From an uncultured delta proteobacterium (GTDB lineage: Bacteria > Desulfobacterota > Zymogenia > Zymogenales > Zymogenaceae), in the NCBI GenBank assembly GCA_963735595.1, contig CAVTLK010000002.1, positions 1-64,000 on the forward strand: DNA of 64,000 nucleotides, written 5' to 3'. Made by a program: the position numbers and the translations under genes. Below, piece by piece: positions 31,049 to 42,246 of the stretch; within the stretch, counting starts at the first letter, position 1; the number at the start of each line of letters is the position of its first letter. The notes below the pieces were generated by a model that worked only from the letters and a program-made list of their open reading frames with translations, was not told the DNA's origin and made no database searches.

Positions 31049-32107
31049 ATGTTTGGGAGTAAAAAGGACGTTATCGGGATCGATATCGGGTCAAGCTCCA
31101 TCAAGCTGGTAGAGATCAAAGAAGTCAAGAAAGGATACCAGCTTACGAATTTTGGTATCGCGGAGCTACATCCGGAGACAATCGTGGACGGCGCCATCAT
31201 GGATACGGCGGCGGTTGTCGACGCGATCCAGAGCCTCGTTTCAGGACTGAAGGTGAAGATCAGAGACGTGGTCACCTCGGTATCGGGAAATGCGGTTCGT
31301 ATCCAGAAAATATCTCTGCCCTCCATGACGAAGGAAGAGCTGGACGAATCGATTCAATGGGAGGCGGAGCAATATATTCCGTTCGATATTTCGGATGTCA
31401 ATATTGATTTTCAGATCCTCGATACTCTTGACGACGGTTCCGGCCAGATGGAGGTAATGCTGGCCGCGGCGAAGAAGGACGTGATCAACGAATACGTCGC
31501 GGTCATCAGCGAGGCGGGCCTCAACGTCGTTGTCGTGGACGTGGACTGTTTCGCGCTCGAAAACATGTTTGATGTCAACTACCAATTCGAAACGGGGGAT
31601 ATTATCGCCCTGGTAAATATCGGGGCCAGCTTTACCAATATCAATATTATCAAGAACGGTATGAGCGCCTTTACCCGGGATATCGCCTCCGGCGGCAATC
31701 AGTATACCGAGGAGCTGCAGAAGCGCTTTTCTATCAGCTACGATGACGCCGAGTCCCTCAAGCTTGGAAAGGGCGGAAAAGATATCTCCCGGGAAGAAAT
31801 GAAAAAGGTCATCGACCAGGTCTCCGGTGACCTGGTGGCGTCGGAGATTCAGAAGACCATCGATTACTTCCTTTCGCAGGGCGCCCACCACTCCGTCGGT
31901 AAGATATATCTCTCCGGGGGGACGTCCAAGACCCAGGGACTTGCGAAGATCATCGCCGATAAGGCGGGAATTCCCATTGAAATCATTAATCCCTTTGCCA
32001 ATGTCGACTACAACGAAAAACTCTTCGATGCGGCCTACATTCAGGAAATTGCCCCCTTCGGCTCGGTTGGGGTCGGATTGGCGTTGAGAAGGGTGGGTGA
32101 CCGATGA
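31049..32107 (+). CDS. pilM: Type IV pilus assembly protein PilM
   Basis: IGIDIGSSSIKLVE, EAEQYIPF, LSGG, VGLALR. Confidence 0.97.
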   Translation: MFGSKKDVIGIDIGSSSIKLVEIKEVKKGYQLTNFGIAELHPETIVDGAIMDTAAVVDAIQSLVSGLKVKIRDVVTSVSGNAVRIQKISLPSMTKEELDESIQWEAEQYIPFDISDVNIDFQILDTLDDGSGQMEVMLAAAKKDVINEYVAVISEAGLNVVVVDVDCFALENMFDVNYQFETGDIIALVNIGASFTNINIIKNGMSAFTRDIASGGNQYTEELQKRFSISYDDAESLKLGKGGKDISREEMKKVIDQVSGDLVASEIQKTIDYFLSQGAHHSVGKIYLSGGTSKTQGLAKIIADKAGIPIEIINPFANVDYNEKLFDAAYIQEIAPFGSVGVGLALRRVGDR

Positions 32108-32722
32108 TAAAGATAAATCTCCTTGCTACCCGGGAGCTAAAGAAGAGGGATACGTTCCAGCAGCAGATAGTGCTGTTCGTCTTGTGTCTTCTGCTGGGTG
32201 TGGGGGGTATTGCGTACGTACACATTAATATTAACAAGAAGATAAAGGACCGTCGAGACGGAAGATGAGAACGTCAAGAAAGAGCTGGCGACTGGCAAGC
32301 CTCAAGAAAGAGGTCGGCGACCTCAATGAATACAAGAAAAAGACCGAAGATCTTGAGAGCAAACGGAATATCATCAATACGCTCGAAATCGGACGCAACG
32401 GACCGGTTCACCTCATGGATGAGTTTTCGCAGGCAATGCCCCAGGCAATCTGGATGATGAATTTACCCTCAAGGGAGATTCGCTTTCGGTGAGGGGATAC
32501 GCCTCCGATAACGAGACGATAGCGACATTTATGATGAACCTTACCAATCGGCCTTATTTTACCTGCGTGAACCTTGTTCGAAGCGAAAAAACGACATCGG
32601 GAGGGCTCACCGTTAACCGTTTTACCCTTACGATGAAGATAAAGTACCCCGGCACCGAGAAACCGGTGGAAAAGAAAGAAGAGAAGAAAAAGGAAGAGAA
32701 GACCGAAGAGAAAGAGGCGTAA
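32104..32722 (+). CDS. pilN: Type IV pilus assembly protein PilN (frameshifted)
   Basis: MIKINLL motif, one TM, coiled coil, GYASDNETIATFMMNL. Confidence 0.9.
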
Positions 32723-32758
32723 CGAAAAGTACGCTGACAGATAGGATAGGAGTACGGG

Positions 32759-33331
32759 ATGGCCTTTTCGCCCGAAATGATTAAGAAGCTCCCCACGCAA
32801 TATAAGGCCCTCATCCTCATCGGTACGCTGGCCTTAATGGGTGCAGGCTACTATTTCGGCGTCTATACCGGAAAGCAGGACGAACTAAATAAACTAAACG
32901 AAGAGCTTAATAGCCAAAAAAAGGAGCTTCAGAAACTCGAGGATACAAAAAAGAACCTCGTGGCATATAAGGCCAAGGTCAGCGAACTTGAAGCCGAGTT
33001 GAATCTCCTTTTGGTGCAGATTCCCAAGAGCTCCGAGATACCGGGAATACTCTCGAACGTTTCAACAAAGGGAAGAGAGTCGGGGTTGACATTTCTCCTT
33101 TTCCAGCCGGACAAAGAGGCAAAGAGCAAGGACAAGAAATATACAGAGGTTCCGGTTAGTATCCGCGTTGAGGGCACCTACCAGAGCTTTGCGGTTTTCC
33201 TGGACAAGGTGCGCAGACTTGAGCGAATCATCAACATCAGGGACATCTCGATGAAGAAAAAGGCGGTCAGGGAATCAAACATTATTCTCGAGATTTCGTG
33301 TAAGGCGGTTACGTTTAAGTTCTCCGAATAA
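32759..33331 (+). CDS. pilO: Type IV pilus assembly protein PilO
   Basis: TM plus coiled coil, IPKSSEIPGIL, YTEVPVSIRVEGTY, LERIINI. Confidence 0.95.
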   Translation: MAFSPEMIKKLPTQYKALILIGTLALMGAGYYFGVYTGKQDELNKLNEELNSQKKELQKLEDTKKNLVAYKAKVSELEAELNLLLVQIPKSSEIPGILSNVSTKGRESGLTFLLFQPDKEAKSKDKKYTEVPVSIRVEGTYQSFAVFLDKVRRLERIINIRDISMKKKAVRESNIILEISCKAVTFKFSE

Positions 33332-33336
33332 CTAAG

Positions 33337-34321
33337 ATGGAATCGGTATTGAAAAAAAGAAACTCTTTCTTCTGTGTTATTTTAATCGGCTCATTGTCCA
33401 TGGCGTCGGGTTGTTCCGACCTCGCGGACAAGTATGGCGACCTTTTGCCCGGCTTTCTTAAATCGGAAGAGAAGAAGGAAGAGCCGGTAGTACACAAGCT
33501 CAAACCAACCGAGGAGATACGCAGCTCTATACCGGCGTTTACTCCGAGTGCGGTGGTGCCTGTCGGAGAGGAAGCGGGCGTGCCCGGCAAACCCGGTCCG
33601 GGAGGATCGATAGTTCCCGATAAGGACGGGGTCAAAGGGTCCCCTGCCCTGCCGGAGAAACAACCGCCCGGTACGGAAACGGCAAAGAAACCGGGAGAAA
33701 AGGCGACCCCGCCCGCGGGGCTCGATAAAAACGGGAAACCCGCCGGGCCAGATATAAACGGGACAGCGGATAAGACCAACGGAAAAACTAAACCGGCCAC
33801 ACCTGCCGAAGGGACAAAAACTCCGCCGGCGACGCCCGATAAACCGTCGACCGACAAGGCCGCGGGAGGCGGTGCGGCCGCAGGGGAAGATATCGCAATA
33901 TTGGCCCTCGTACCGGGGGCAGGCGGCCCAACGCTATCGCCCACGAAACCGGTGGATTCCCTCATGGACAAGGAATATACCTATGATCCAACCGGGAAAA
34001 GGGACCCGTTCAGGCCCTTTAACCTGAAGGTGGAGAAGAAAGTCAGAGGTCCCCCCGGAGGCACTGACCCCGTTGCAGCGATATAACCTTTCGCAGCTCA
34101 AGCTGACGGCAATAATATATGACTCGGAAAAAGGGACGGGTATCGCTATGGTGGAAGCACCGGATAAAAAGGGTTATAACATCATTGTCGGCTCGGAAAT
34201 CGGCGGCGGAAGAGTAGTGCGAATCACCGAGACCGACGTGCAGGTCGAGATGAGCTATGAAGATTTCTACGGAAATACCGAAAAGAGAATTGAGACGTTA
34301 AAGATTGCGGGAGGAAAATAG
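33337..34321 (+). CDS. pilP: Type IV pilus lipoprotein PilP with long Pro/Lys/Gly linker (frameshift near 34,060)
   Basis: Lipobox ASG-C; YTYDPTGKRDPFRP; LQRYNLSQLKLTAII...AMVEAPDKKGY...GGGRVVRI. Confidence 0.88.
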
Positions 34322-36794
34322 ATGAATAGGTCACCGTTAAATGTATCGGTTTGTTATTCCTCCTCTATGATGATACATATCGCCGATACAAGGGTGTGTC
34401 ACCGGCACAACGCAGCCGGTTTCCGGGGGACCGTCACCGGTAAATACGGTCGCTGCTGGATTCAATCCAGGAATTAGACGACCGTGTGATTATGACTCTT
34501 TCCGGCAATGCCGAACTGAACTATACCCCCTATCGCCTTGAATCCCCGCTCAGGCTCGTCATCGATATTCCTGATGCTGCATTCGACAAGCCGGAAAAAG
34601 ACGTTGTCGTCGGGAGCGATACGATCAGCAAGATATCGAAGCTTGATATGACGTCGGACGGCAAGAACCTCGCCCGTCTCGAGATCTATCTGACCGAGGA
34701 CACCAATTACTTTGTTGCCAAGCCGTCCGATTATCAGATTCGGGTCGAGATACAGAAACTTTCGGCGGCAGTCGTTACGGAATCGACGCCCGAACAGCCC
34801 GCCTCAACCCCCACGACGACGTATCCTCCTGCCACCAAGATCATCAATGTCGTGGCAGACGATGAGGCCGACGGTACAATGGTCACGATTCTGGCCGACG
34901 GCGGTGTTGAGAACTTCGAGTCCTTTGTCCTTGAGAGCCCGTACCGATTGGTCGTGGATATCAAGGGACTGACCAATACCTATCCCGAGCAAAGAGATAA
35001 AGAGTCAAGCGGCTCCGATATCAGGGTTATCAGAATCGGTACGTACCCGGATAAGACACGGGTGGTTATGGAGTCGGTGCTGCCGGACAAGATCAATACG
35101 TATAATGTATTTCCCCTGGACAATAAGCTGATGATTTCGTTCAGGAAGGCCGGCGAGATGGTGCTTGGGTCGATTCCAGCCGTCTGTGCCCAAGGAGAAA
35201 CGCCGTCGGCCCCGGCCCAGCCCGCCGGGGAGACTCCCGGTAACGGAAATCGGACCGATGACGGGATACGGCCAGGCCCCCGAAACCCCGGTCTCGACAC
35301 CGGCCACACTTCCGGGAGAGACCACGCGGACCGTTGAATCGACGGTCGTTGCACCCGGTATGGAACCGACTCCCGACCGGGACCGTACCTCTGATGAAAA
35401 GGTCTATACGGGAAAACCGATGACCCTGATCTTCAGTAACGCCAAGGTCAAGGACCTCATCAATCTGATTGCCGAGTTTTCGAATGTGAGTATCGTCATC
35501 AAACCCGAGGTTCCCAACGATCTGACGCTTTCGCTGAGGCTCAAGAAGGTCCCGTGGGATCAGGCTCTGGATTTGATCGTGAGCCTGTCCGGGACTGGGC
35601 ATGGTGCAGCGGGGCAATGTTATCATCGTGACGACCAAGGCCAAGCTGAATGAAGAGATTCAGAGCGAGTATAAGTTCAAGAAGAATCTCGAAGACGACG
35701 AACCGCTGGTGACCCGACAGGTCAACGTCATATACCGTCAGAACCCGGCCCCGACCACCCGGTACGACAACAACAACGACCACCACCGACCGGCACGACC
35801 GTTGATATCGTTTCTGCGATCACTAATGCAAAGATGCTCAGCACGCGCGGATCGATCGCCTGGGCGCCTTCAGGGGACATGATCATCGTGACCGATACGC
35901 AGGGAAGGGTCGATAAAATAATCGAGATGGTCCATCTCTTGGATACGCCGGAAAAGCAGCCGGAAGTGCGAATCGAGGCGCGGATCGTCGAGATGAACGA
36001 TACGTTCGAACAAGATCTGGGAATTAAGTGGGTTGCCGGTTACAACGGCGACAACGGGGGCACCATCAAGAGCGCCATCGGAACGCTGGACGCCACCAAT
36101 CTGAACAATGGCGGCTTTTTTGACGCGGCAACGACGATCTTTCCGCAGCTTCCGCTAACGGCGCTCAACGCCTACGGCGGCGCCGGTGCGATGATCGGCC
36201 TGCTGGACGGTGCGCTGCGTCTGGATATCGAGCTCCATGCCCTGGAGAGCCTCGGCGAGGCACAGATCATCGAGTCCCCGAAGGTGCGGGTTCTCAACAA
36301 TGAAACGGCGACCCTTGAAATAACCACGAGTATTCCCGAGAGCAATCTACCCACGGAGGATAGACCGACGAGACCGGAAACGTCACCATTACCTCGCAGA
36401 TCGAGTATAAGGACTTTGACAACCAAGCTCGTCATCACTCCGACGGTGAATCCCGATAATACCATCAAGCTCGATCTGGACCTCACCCACAACACGCAGG
36501 GCGAGCCGGTCTCCCTGACCAACGAGGCCGGTATTGAAAATATCTACTATACGGAGTTCAAGAAGAATCTCATTACGAAGGTGTCTGGTCGACAACCGCG
36601 ACACGATCGTTATCGGCGGGCTCTATCGGAAACAAAGCAACACCCTGAAGGAGGGCCTTCCCGCCCTCAAGGATATCCCCCTTCTCGGGTGGCTCTTCAA
36701 GACCAGAGAATATAACCGATAATCGGCGAGAGCTTCTGATCTTCATAACGCCGACGATCGTCGGAGCGAGGATGAAGCCAAGGCCGAAAAGTAG
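34322..36794 (+). CDS. pilQ: Type IV pilus secretin PilQ with two AMIN domains (frameshifted)
   Basis: [11 protein letters not shown] and [11 protein letters not shown] (AMIN); [54 protein letters not shown]. Confidence 0.93.
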
Positions 36795-36820
36795 TACAAT
36801 ACGGTAATACCGTTTATTCA

Positions 36821-36855
36821 GTGCACCTGATATTCATCAGGTGCACGTTTTTTTT
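36821..36855 (+). terminator. Intrinsic terminator after pilQ
   Basis: gtgcacctgat-attc-atcaggtgcac perfect 11-bp stem followed by g and T8. Confidence 0.85.
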
Positions 36856-36868
36856 AGAGACAGTGCCT

Positions 36869-38025
36869 ATGTTTACATTTTCGTCAGCGGGAGAATCACA
36901 CGGACCGTCCGTCGTGGCGTTGGTCTCGGGGATACCGGCAGGCTTCGTCGTTGGTCCTGAGGTGATCGACGAACAACTGAAGCGGCGCCAGAAGGGGTAC
37001 GGAAGGGGGGGCGGATGGATATCGAGACCGACCGGGTCCGAGTCCTATCGGGCATCAGGGGAGGGGTGACCACCGGCAGCCCCATTGCGCTCATGATAGA
37101 GAATCGGGATTATGATAACTGGAAGGCCTATATGGATCCCGGGAAAATCTCGCCCGGGCGCGAAGTCACCCGCCCCGCCCCGGACATGCGGACCTGGCCG
37201 GAGCGGAATGAAATACGACCACCGGGACATGCGAAACGTCCTCGGAACGCGCCAGCGCCCGGGAGACGGCGGCGCGGGTCGCCGCGGGGGCGGTAGCCCG
37301 GGCAATACTTGCCGATTTCGATATCCGCCTTTACGGGTACGTCCTGGCGATCGGGGGGATATCGGTTGATCCCGGTGATATTCCCGTACGATACCAGGCA
37401 GCAGAACGCCCAGAAGTCTCCGTTTTCAACCCCGATACCCGATAAAGATGACGAGCTCATGTCGCTGGTCGATCGGACGCGACAGGCCGGCGATACCCTC
37501 GGCGGGGTCGTCGAGGTCGTTGCAACGGGAATTCCCGTCGGGTTAGGCGGGTACGATCGGTGGGACGCGCGCATAGACGGGAGGCTCGCCCAGGCAGTTA
37601 TGAGCATTCCCGCGATTAAGGGGGTGGAAATCGGGGACGGGTACCGGCTCGCGGATGTACCGGGTTCGCGGGCCCACGACGAGATCCTGTATCAAGAGCA
37701 AAAAGGATTCTACCGGCAAACGAATCACGCCGGCGGACTGGAGGGAGGGGTAACCAATGGACAACCCCTCGTTATCCGGGCGGCAATGAAGCCGATACCG
37801 ACTCTCATGAGCCCGTTGAGATCGGTCGATATCGACACGAAACAGCAGGTCTCGGCCGCGGCCGAGCGAAGCGACGTGTGCGCCGTGCCGGCGGCCGCGG
37901 TCGTCGTGGAAGCGATGATTGCGTTGACGCTGATCGGTGCGTTTCTCGAAAAATTCGGAGGGGACTGCCGCCGCGATATCCATGCCTCGTTAGACTCGTA
38001 CGCCGAGAGGATACTCGGCAGGTGA
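36869..38025 (+). CDS. aroC: Chorismate synthase (frameshifted)
   Basis: [46 protein letters not shown]. Confidence 0.96.
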
Positions 38026-38561
38026 TGGAACCAAATCTGGTACTCGTCGGGTTTATGGGCACCGGGAAAACCGAGGTCGGAAAGGTCGTCTCGGAACGCT
38101 TGGGCAGGACTTTCGTCGATATCGATGACCAGATAATCCAGTCGGCCGGAATGACGATCAACGAGATATTCAAACAGCACGGAGAGGATCGTGTTTAGAG
38201 AGATCGAATCGGGCATAATCAAGAAATTCTCGAAGTTACAGGGATCTGGTCATCTCAACGGGCGGAGGTTCGCTGTTGAAGATGGAAAACGTGCAGAACC
38301 TCAAACATAGCGGTGTACTCGTCTGCCTGACGGCCTCTCCCGAGGAGATTACCCGGCGCGTTGCCGACGACCGGCATCGGCCGCTCCTTAACGTACCGGA
38401 TCGGGTCGCCGTCGTGCGGGAGATGATGGAAAGGCGCAGCCTATCGTATCAGGTTCTCAGACGTTACGGTCGATACGGACGGCAAGAGCGTCGATGCCGC
38501 CGTCCAGGAGGTTCTCGACGGCTATTGGAGGTATCTGGGGGAATGGAAAGGGTCACGGTAG
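38025..38561 (+). CDS. aroK: Shikimate kinase (frameshifted)
   Basis: NLVLVGFMGTGKTEVGK, FVDID, ISTGGG, RPLL. Confidence 0.92.
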
Positions 38562-39605
38562 AGCTCGGCGATCGGAGCTATCCAATTCTCATCGGATCCG
38601 GAATTCTTATCGGCGATCGGCGGCTATCTGCCGATCGGCGACGTCTATATCCTCACCAACCCGCCGGTCGATCGGCTGTACGGCGGAGTAGTACGAGACG
38701 CTGTCGAGAGGGCGGGGGCCACGGCTCATACCATCATCGTACCCGACGGCGAGACGTCGAAGGATTTCACGCACCTTCACGAGGTATACGACGAGTTGTT
38801 ACGCAGCGGGGCGCAGCGCAAGACGCCGCTTATCGCGTTGGGCGGCGGTGTAATCGGGGACCTGGGAGGCTTTGCCGCGGCGACATTCATGCGTGGGATA
38901 CCCTTTGTGCAGATCCCGACGACCCTTCTTGCGCAGGTTGATTCCTCCGTAGGCGGCAAGACCGCAGTGAACCATCCCCGCGGTAAGAACCTCATCGGCG
39001 TCTTTTATCAGCCGAGGTTCGTGTTCATCGATATAGACACCCTCTGCACGCTCCCGCGGGACGAATTCCTCTCCGGACTGGCGGAGGTCCTTAAGTACGG
39101 GATTGTCCTGGATCGCGCGTTGTTCGAGCTGCTCGAGAACAAGAGAGAAGAAATCCTCAGCCAGAAGCGCGAGGAACTCATTACGATTATCAAGAGGTCC
39201 GTCCAGATCAAGGCGGATGTTGTGCGTCAGGATGAGCGGGAGGCAGGACTGCGCAGCGTGCTCAACTTCGGCCACACTATCGGGCATGCCGTGGAGAAGC
39301 TCGTCGGATATGGGAGCATCAGACACGGCGAGGCGGTGGCAAAGGGCATGGCGTTTTCCGTAAACCTTTCCCAAAATATGGGGATTATCTCGTCGGTAGA
39401 CCGGGACAGGATTATCGCCCTCTTGTCAGCCTACGGCTTTGAGCTTTCAATTCCGAGGTTCGGGCAGGCCGACTACCGTCATGCCCTCATGGTGGACAAA
39501 AAATCCGATGGAACGACAATAAATTTCGTCCTTAGCGAAGGTATCGGTCGTTTTATCTTGAAAAATGTATCTGTCTTAGATATACTTGATTTCATTGAAC
39601 AATAG
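38543..39605 (+). CDS. aroB: 3-dehydroquinate synthase (frameshifted)
   Basis: VELGDRSYPI, ALGGGVIGDL, PTTLLAQVDSSVGGKT, LNFGHTIGHA, HGEAV. Confidence 0.96.
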
Positions 39606-39614
39606 GGGTCCTAT

Positions 39615-41145
39615 ATGGCAGACGAGAGAGAGAATATCAGGCCTCCTGAGAAGTCTCTCACGCCCGGAGCAAAAGCCGGTCGCAGAAGGCCGTTACCCCG
39701 GCCCCGCCGCAGAAAGAGGTCCCTATCGGTTTTGGGATCGTAACGCCCGAGATGGAGCGGTACCGGGCGATGATTGCCAAAGACCCGAATTCGCGGGTGT
39801 TTGCGGCCCTGGCCGAGCTTTACAGAAAGGCGGGTATGCTCGATGAGGCCGTCAGGCTCTGCTGGAGCGGGACGAAGGCCCATCCGAAATACATGAGCGG
39901 GCGGGTAGCCCTTGCGAGGGCCTATGCGGACAAGGGGATGATAAAGGAGGCGAAAGAGGAAGTACTCACGGTCGTCTCTATTACGCCCGACAATATCCTG
40001 GCCAATAAGATTCTGGGGGAGATCCACCTGTTGGAGGGAGATACCGTCCAGAGGCCGTTGAGAGCTTTATCAAGGTACTCGCGCTTGCCCCCGATGACGC
40101 GGAGGCCAAAGAGAAGCTCATTGAAGTCGGCAACGACCCCGATAAACCGGTTCAGGCAGCGCAGGAGACGGAAGAAATACTTGAGGGCGAGATCCTCGAG
40201 GAGGTGGCCGAGTACGCGCCCTCCGAGATTATCGAAGACGCCATGCCCACCGGACAGGGCGGAGAGACCGCCCGAGAGCCACGGCGGGATCCCGCCCTCC
40301 GGGGAAGACCCCCGACCGGCAGAGCCGAACGGATTCGGGAGGCAGGAGACCTCGACATACCGCTTGAGGACGATGGCTCTCTGGACGATCTGTTTGACCG
40401 ACGAAACCGGCGGAGACGTGCCGGAAAGTGAGCGTATGCGAGGAATCGAGCGGGAGTATCGAAGGCGATCGCGCAAGGGTGAAGGGGATCTCTGGGAAGT
40501 TGAGCAGGAGCAGGAGCAGTCCCGACCGAGACGCCGTCGGTTACGCCCCGGATGACGAATCGGAATTAGAGTCGGATCGAGATACTACAGGACGGCGATA
40601 TCGACATTGAGGGAGACCAGGAACTGGTGGATGAGTTCGGTATCTGGAAGAAGAAGAGGGGGAGATAACCGTAGAAGGGCTCGACAACGCTCGTCAACCG
40701 GCCGGCCGGGCCCCCGGCGGCGCGCCGCAAAGCCACGGCCCTCGAAAAAACCGTTGAACCGGGCAAACGTCGGCCATCGGATGAGGTCACAGAAGGACCG
40801 GAGGGCGAAGATGCAGCCCCTGATGCCCAGGGGGTGACTATAACCACGGAGACTATAGCCGATATCTACGTAAAGCAGGGCTATTTCGACAAGGCGCTGT
40901 CCGTCTATGAGGAGCTCTTGGGGGTCTACCCCACGAGGGACTCACTCAAGCAGAAGATCGCCTTTGTCAAGAATAAGATGAGGGAAGGCCGGCGACGATC
41001 ATCAGAGCGGCCAACGACACCGATTGAGGGAGAGGACTGGACGTCACGGCGGTGTCCCTGAAATCGCCGGTGACCGAAACTCAGAATAACGTCGAGAGTC
41101 TCAATCGGTGGCTCGTATCGATTAGAAAGATTACGTCGTTTTTAG
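39615..41145 (+). CDS. TPR protein with acidic linker and C-terminal helical motif (frameshifted; end approximate)
   Basis: DPNSRVFAALAELYRKAG...HPKYMSGRVALARAY; TETIADIYVKQGYFDKALSVY; LNRWLVSIR. Confidence 0.8.
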
Positions 41146-41238
41146 CGGCGACGGGTAAACCCCGCAGTCCTTCCGCAGGTAGGACCACCGCCGAGGGTTT
41201 TTAGTAGCCGGGCAATCAGCTATAAGGGAGAAATACGC

Positions 41239-41262
41239 GAAGAGCGTACGGTCTTCTTTTTT
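41239..41262 (+). terminator. Intrinsic terminator/attenuator-like hairpin upstream of the roadblock gene
   Basis: gaaga-gcgtacgg-tcttc followed by T6. Confidence 0.55.
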
Positions 41263-41408
41263 GTTGTTTTCCTTTATCCGTGCGTATCGGACGGGTTATT
41301 ACTGTAAAGCATGGCAGGCAGATTTCTCATTTGCCGTGGATCGGACCGGCCAAACGATACGACAGGCGATAAAGCGAATTCCGGATCATAGACCGGACGG
41401 CGTTGTGT

Positions 41409-41771
41409 ATGATAGATTTTAAGACCGTACTGAAGGAAGTCATCAGGGCGATTCCCGGAAGCCTTGTCGCCATGGTTATCGGGAGAGACGGGTTAATCGT
41501 GGAATCGTATCAGAACACCACTATCGGTCTTGATCGGGAGGTAATCGGGGCGGAGTACGCCGGTGTCGTATCGGAGGTACATAAGCAGATATCGATTCTT
41601 AAGCTGGATGATCTTAAAGACGTAACCGTATGCTCGGACATGTTTACGGTTGTCGCCCATATCATATCGCATGATTACTACTTCGTAGTCTTTCTCAATT
41701 CACAGGCGAACGAAGGTCTTGCCCGGTATAAGACCCGGATCTATTCCCTCAAGCTTCGCGAGCTGATGTGA
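41409..41771 (+). CDS. Roadblock/LC7 domain protein, MglC-like
   Basis: FKTVLKEVIRAIPGSLVAMVIGRDGLIVE...DYYFVVFL...GLARY; position between pilQ and efp-accB-accC. Confidence 0.8.
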   Translation: MIDFKTVLKEVIRAIPGSLVAMVIGRDGLIVESYQNTTIGLDREVIGAEYAGVVSEVHKQISILKLDDLKDVTVCSDMFTVVAHIISHDYYFVVFLNSQANEGLARYKTRIYSLKLRELM

Positions 41772-41790
41772 CGTTCAAGGGCGAGTGCTC

Positions 41791-42246
41791 ATGGACATAC
41801 TGATCATAAACGGTCCGAATCTTAATATGCTCGGGAAGCGGGAGCCGGCAGTATACGGGAATGTCTCGTATGACGAGCTTGTTAATATGATACACCAGTG
41901 GTCCGATTCCCTTGGGACATCCGTCCGGGTCTTTCAATCCAACAGCGAGGGAGAGATCATTGATACGATCCAGGAAGCACGAGGCTGCGACGGGATCATC
42001 ATTAACGCCGGCGGTTATACACATACCTCGGTCGGTGTCCGAGACGCCCTGTTATCGGTAGGTCTTCCCGTTATTGAGGTTCACCTCTCTAATATATTTT
42101 CCCGGGAGGAATTCAGGAAAAGGTCGTTCATATCCGATATCGCCGTCGGCGTTATCACGGGTTTCGGTGCAACCGGTTACCGCCTCGCTCTCATCGCCCT
42201 GCATGAACACCTCACCGCGAAGAAGCATGTCAAAGACAAGAATTGA
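41791..42246 (+). CDS. aroQ: Type II 3-dehydroquinate dehydratase
   Basis: INGPNLNMLGKREP..YG, QSNSEG, EVHLSN..REEFR. Confidence 0.97.
   Translation: MDILIINGPNLNMLGKREPAVYGNVSYDELVNMIHQWSDSLGTSVRVFQSNSEGEIIDTIQEARGCDGIIINAGGYTHTSVGVRDALLSVGLPVIEVHLSNIFSREEFRKRSFISDIAVGVITGFGATGYRLALIALHEHLTAKKHVKDKN

Noticed and set aside
32104..39605. Programmed frameshifting or phase variation in pil/aro genes
   Set aside because: Too many scattered indels, including in conserved enzymes, and no consistent slippery sites; sequencing error is simpler
41332..41347. sigma54 promoter (TGGCAG-N5-TTTCT) before the roadblock gene
   Set aside because: The -12 element lacks the required GC
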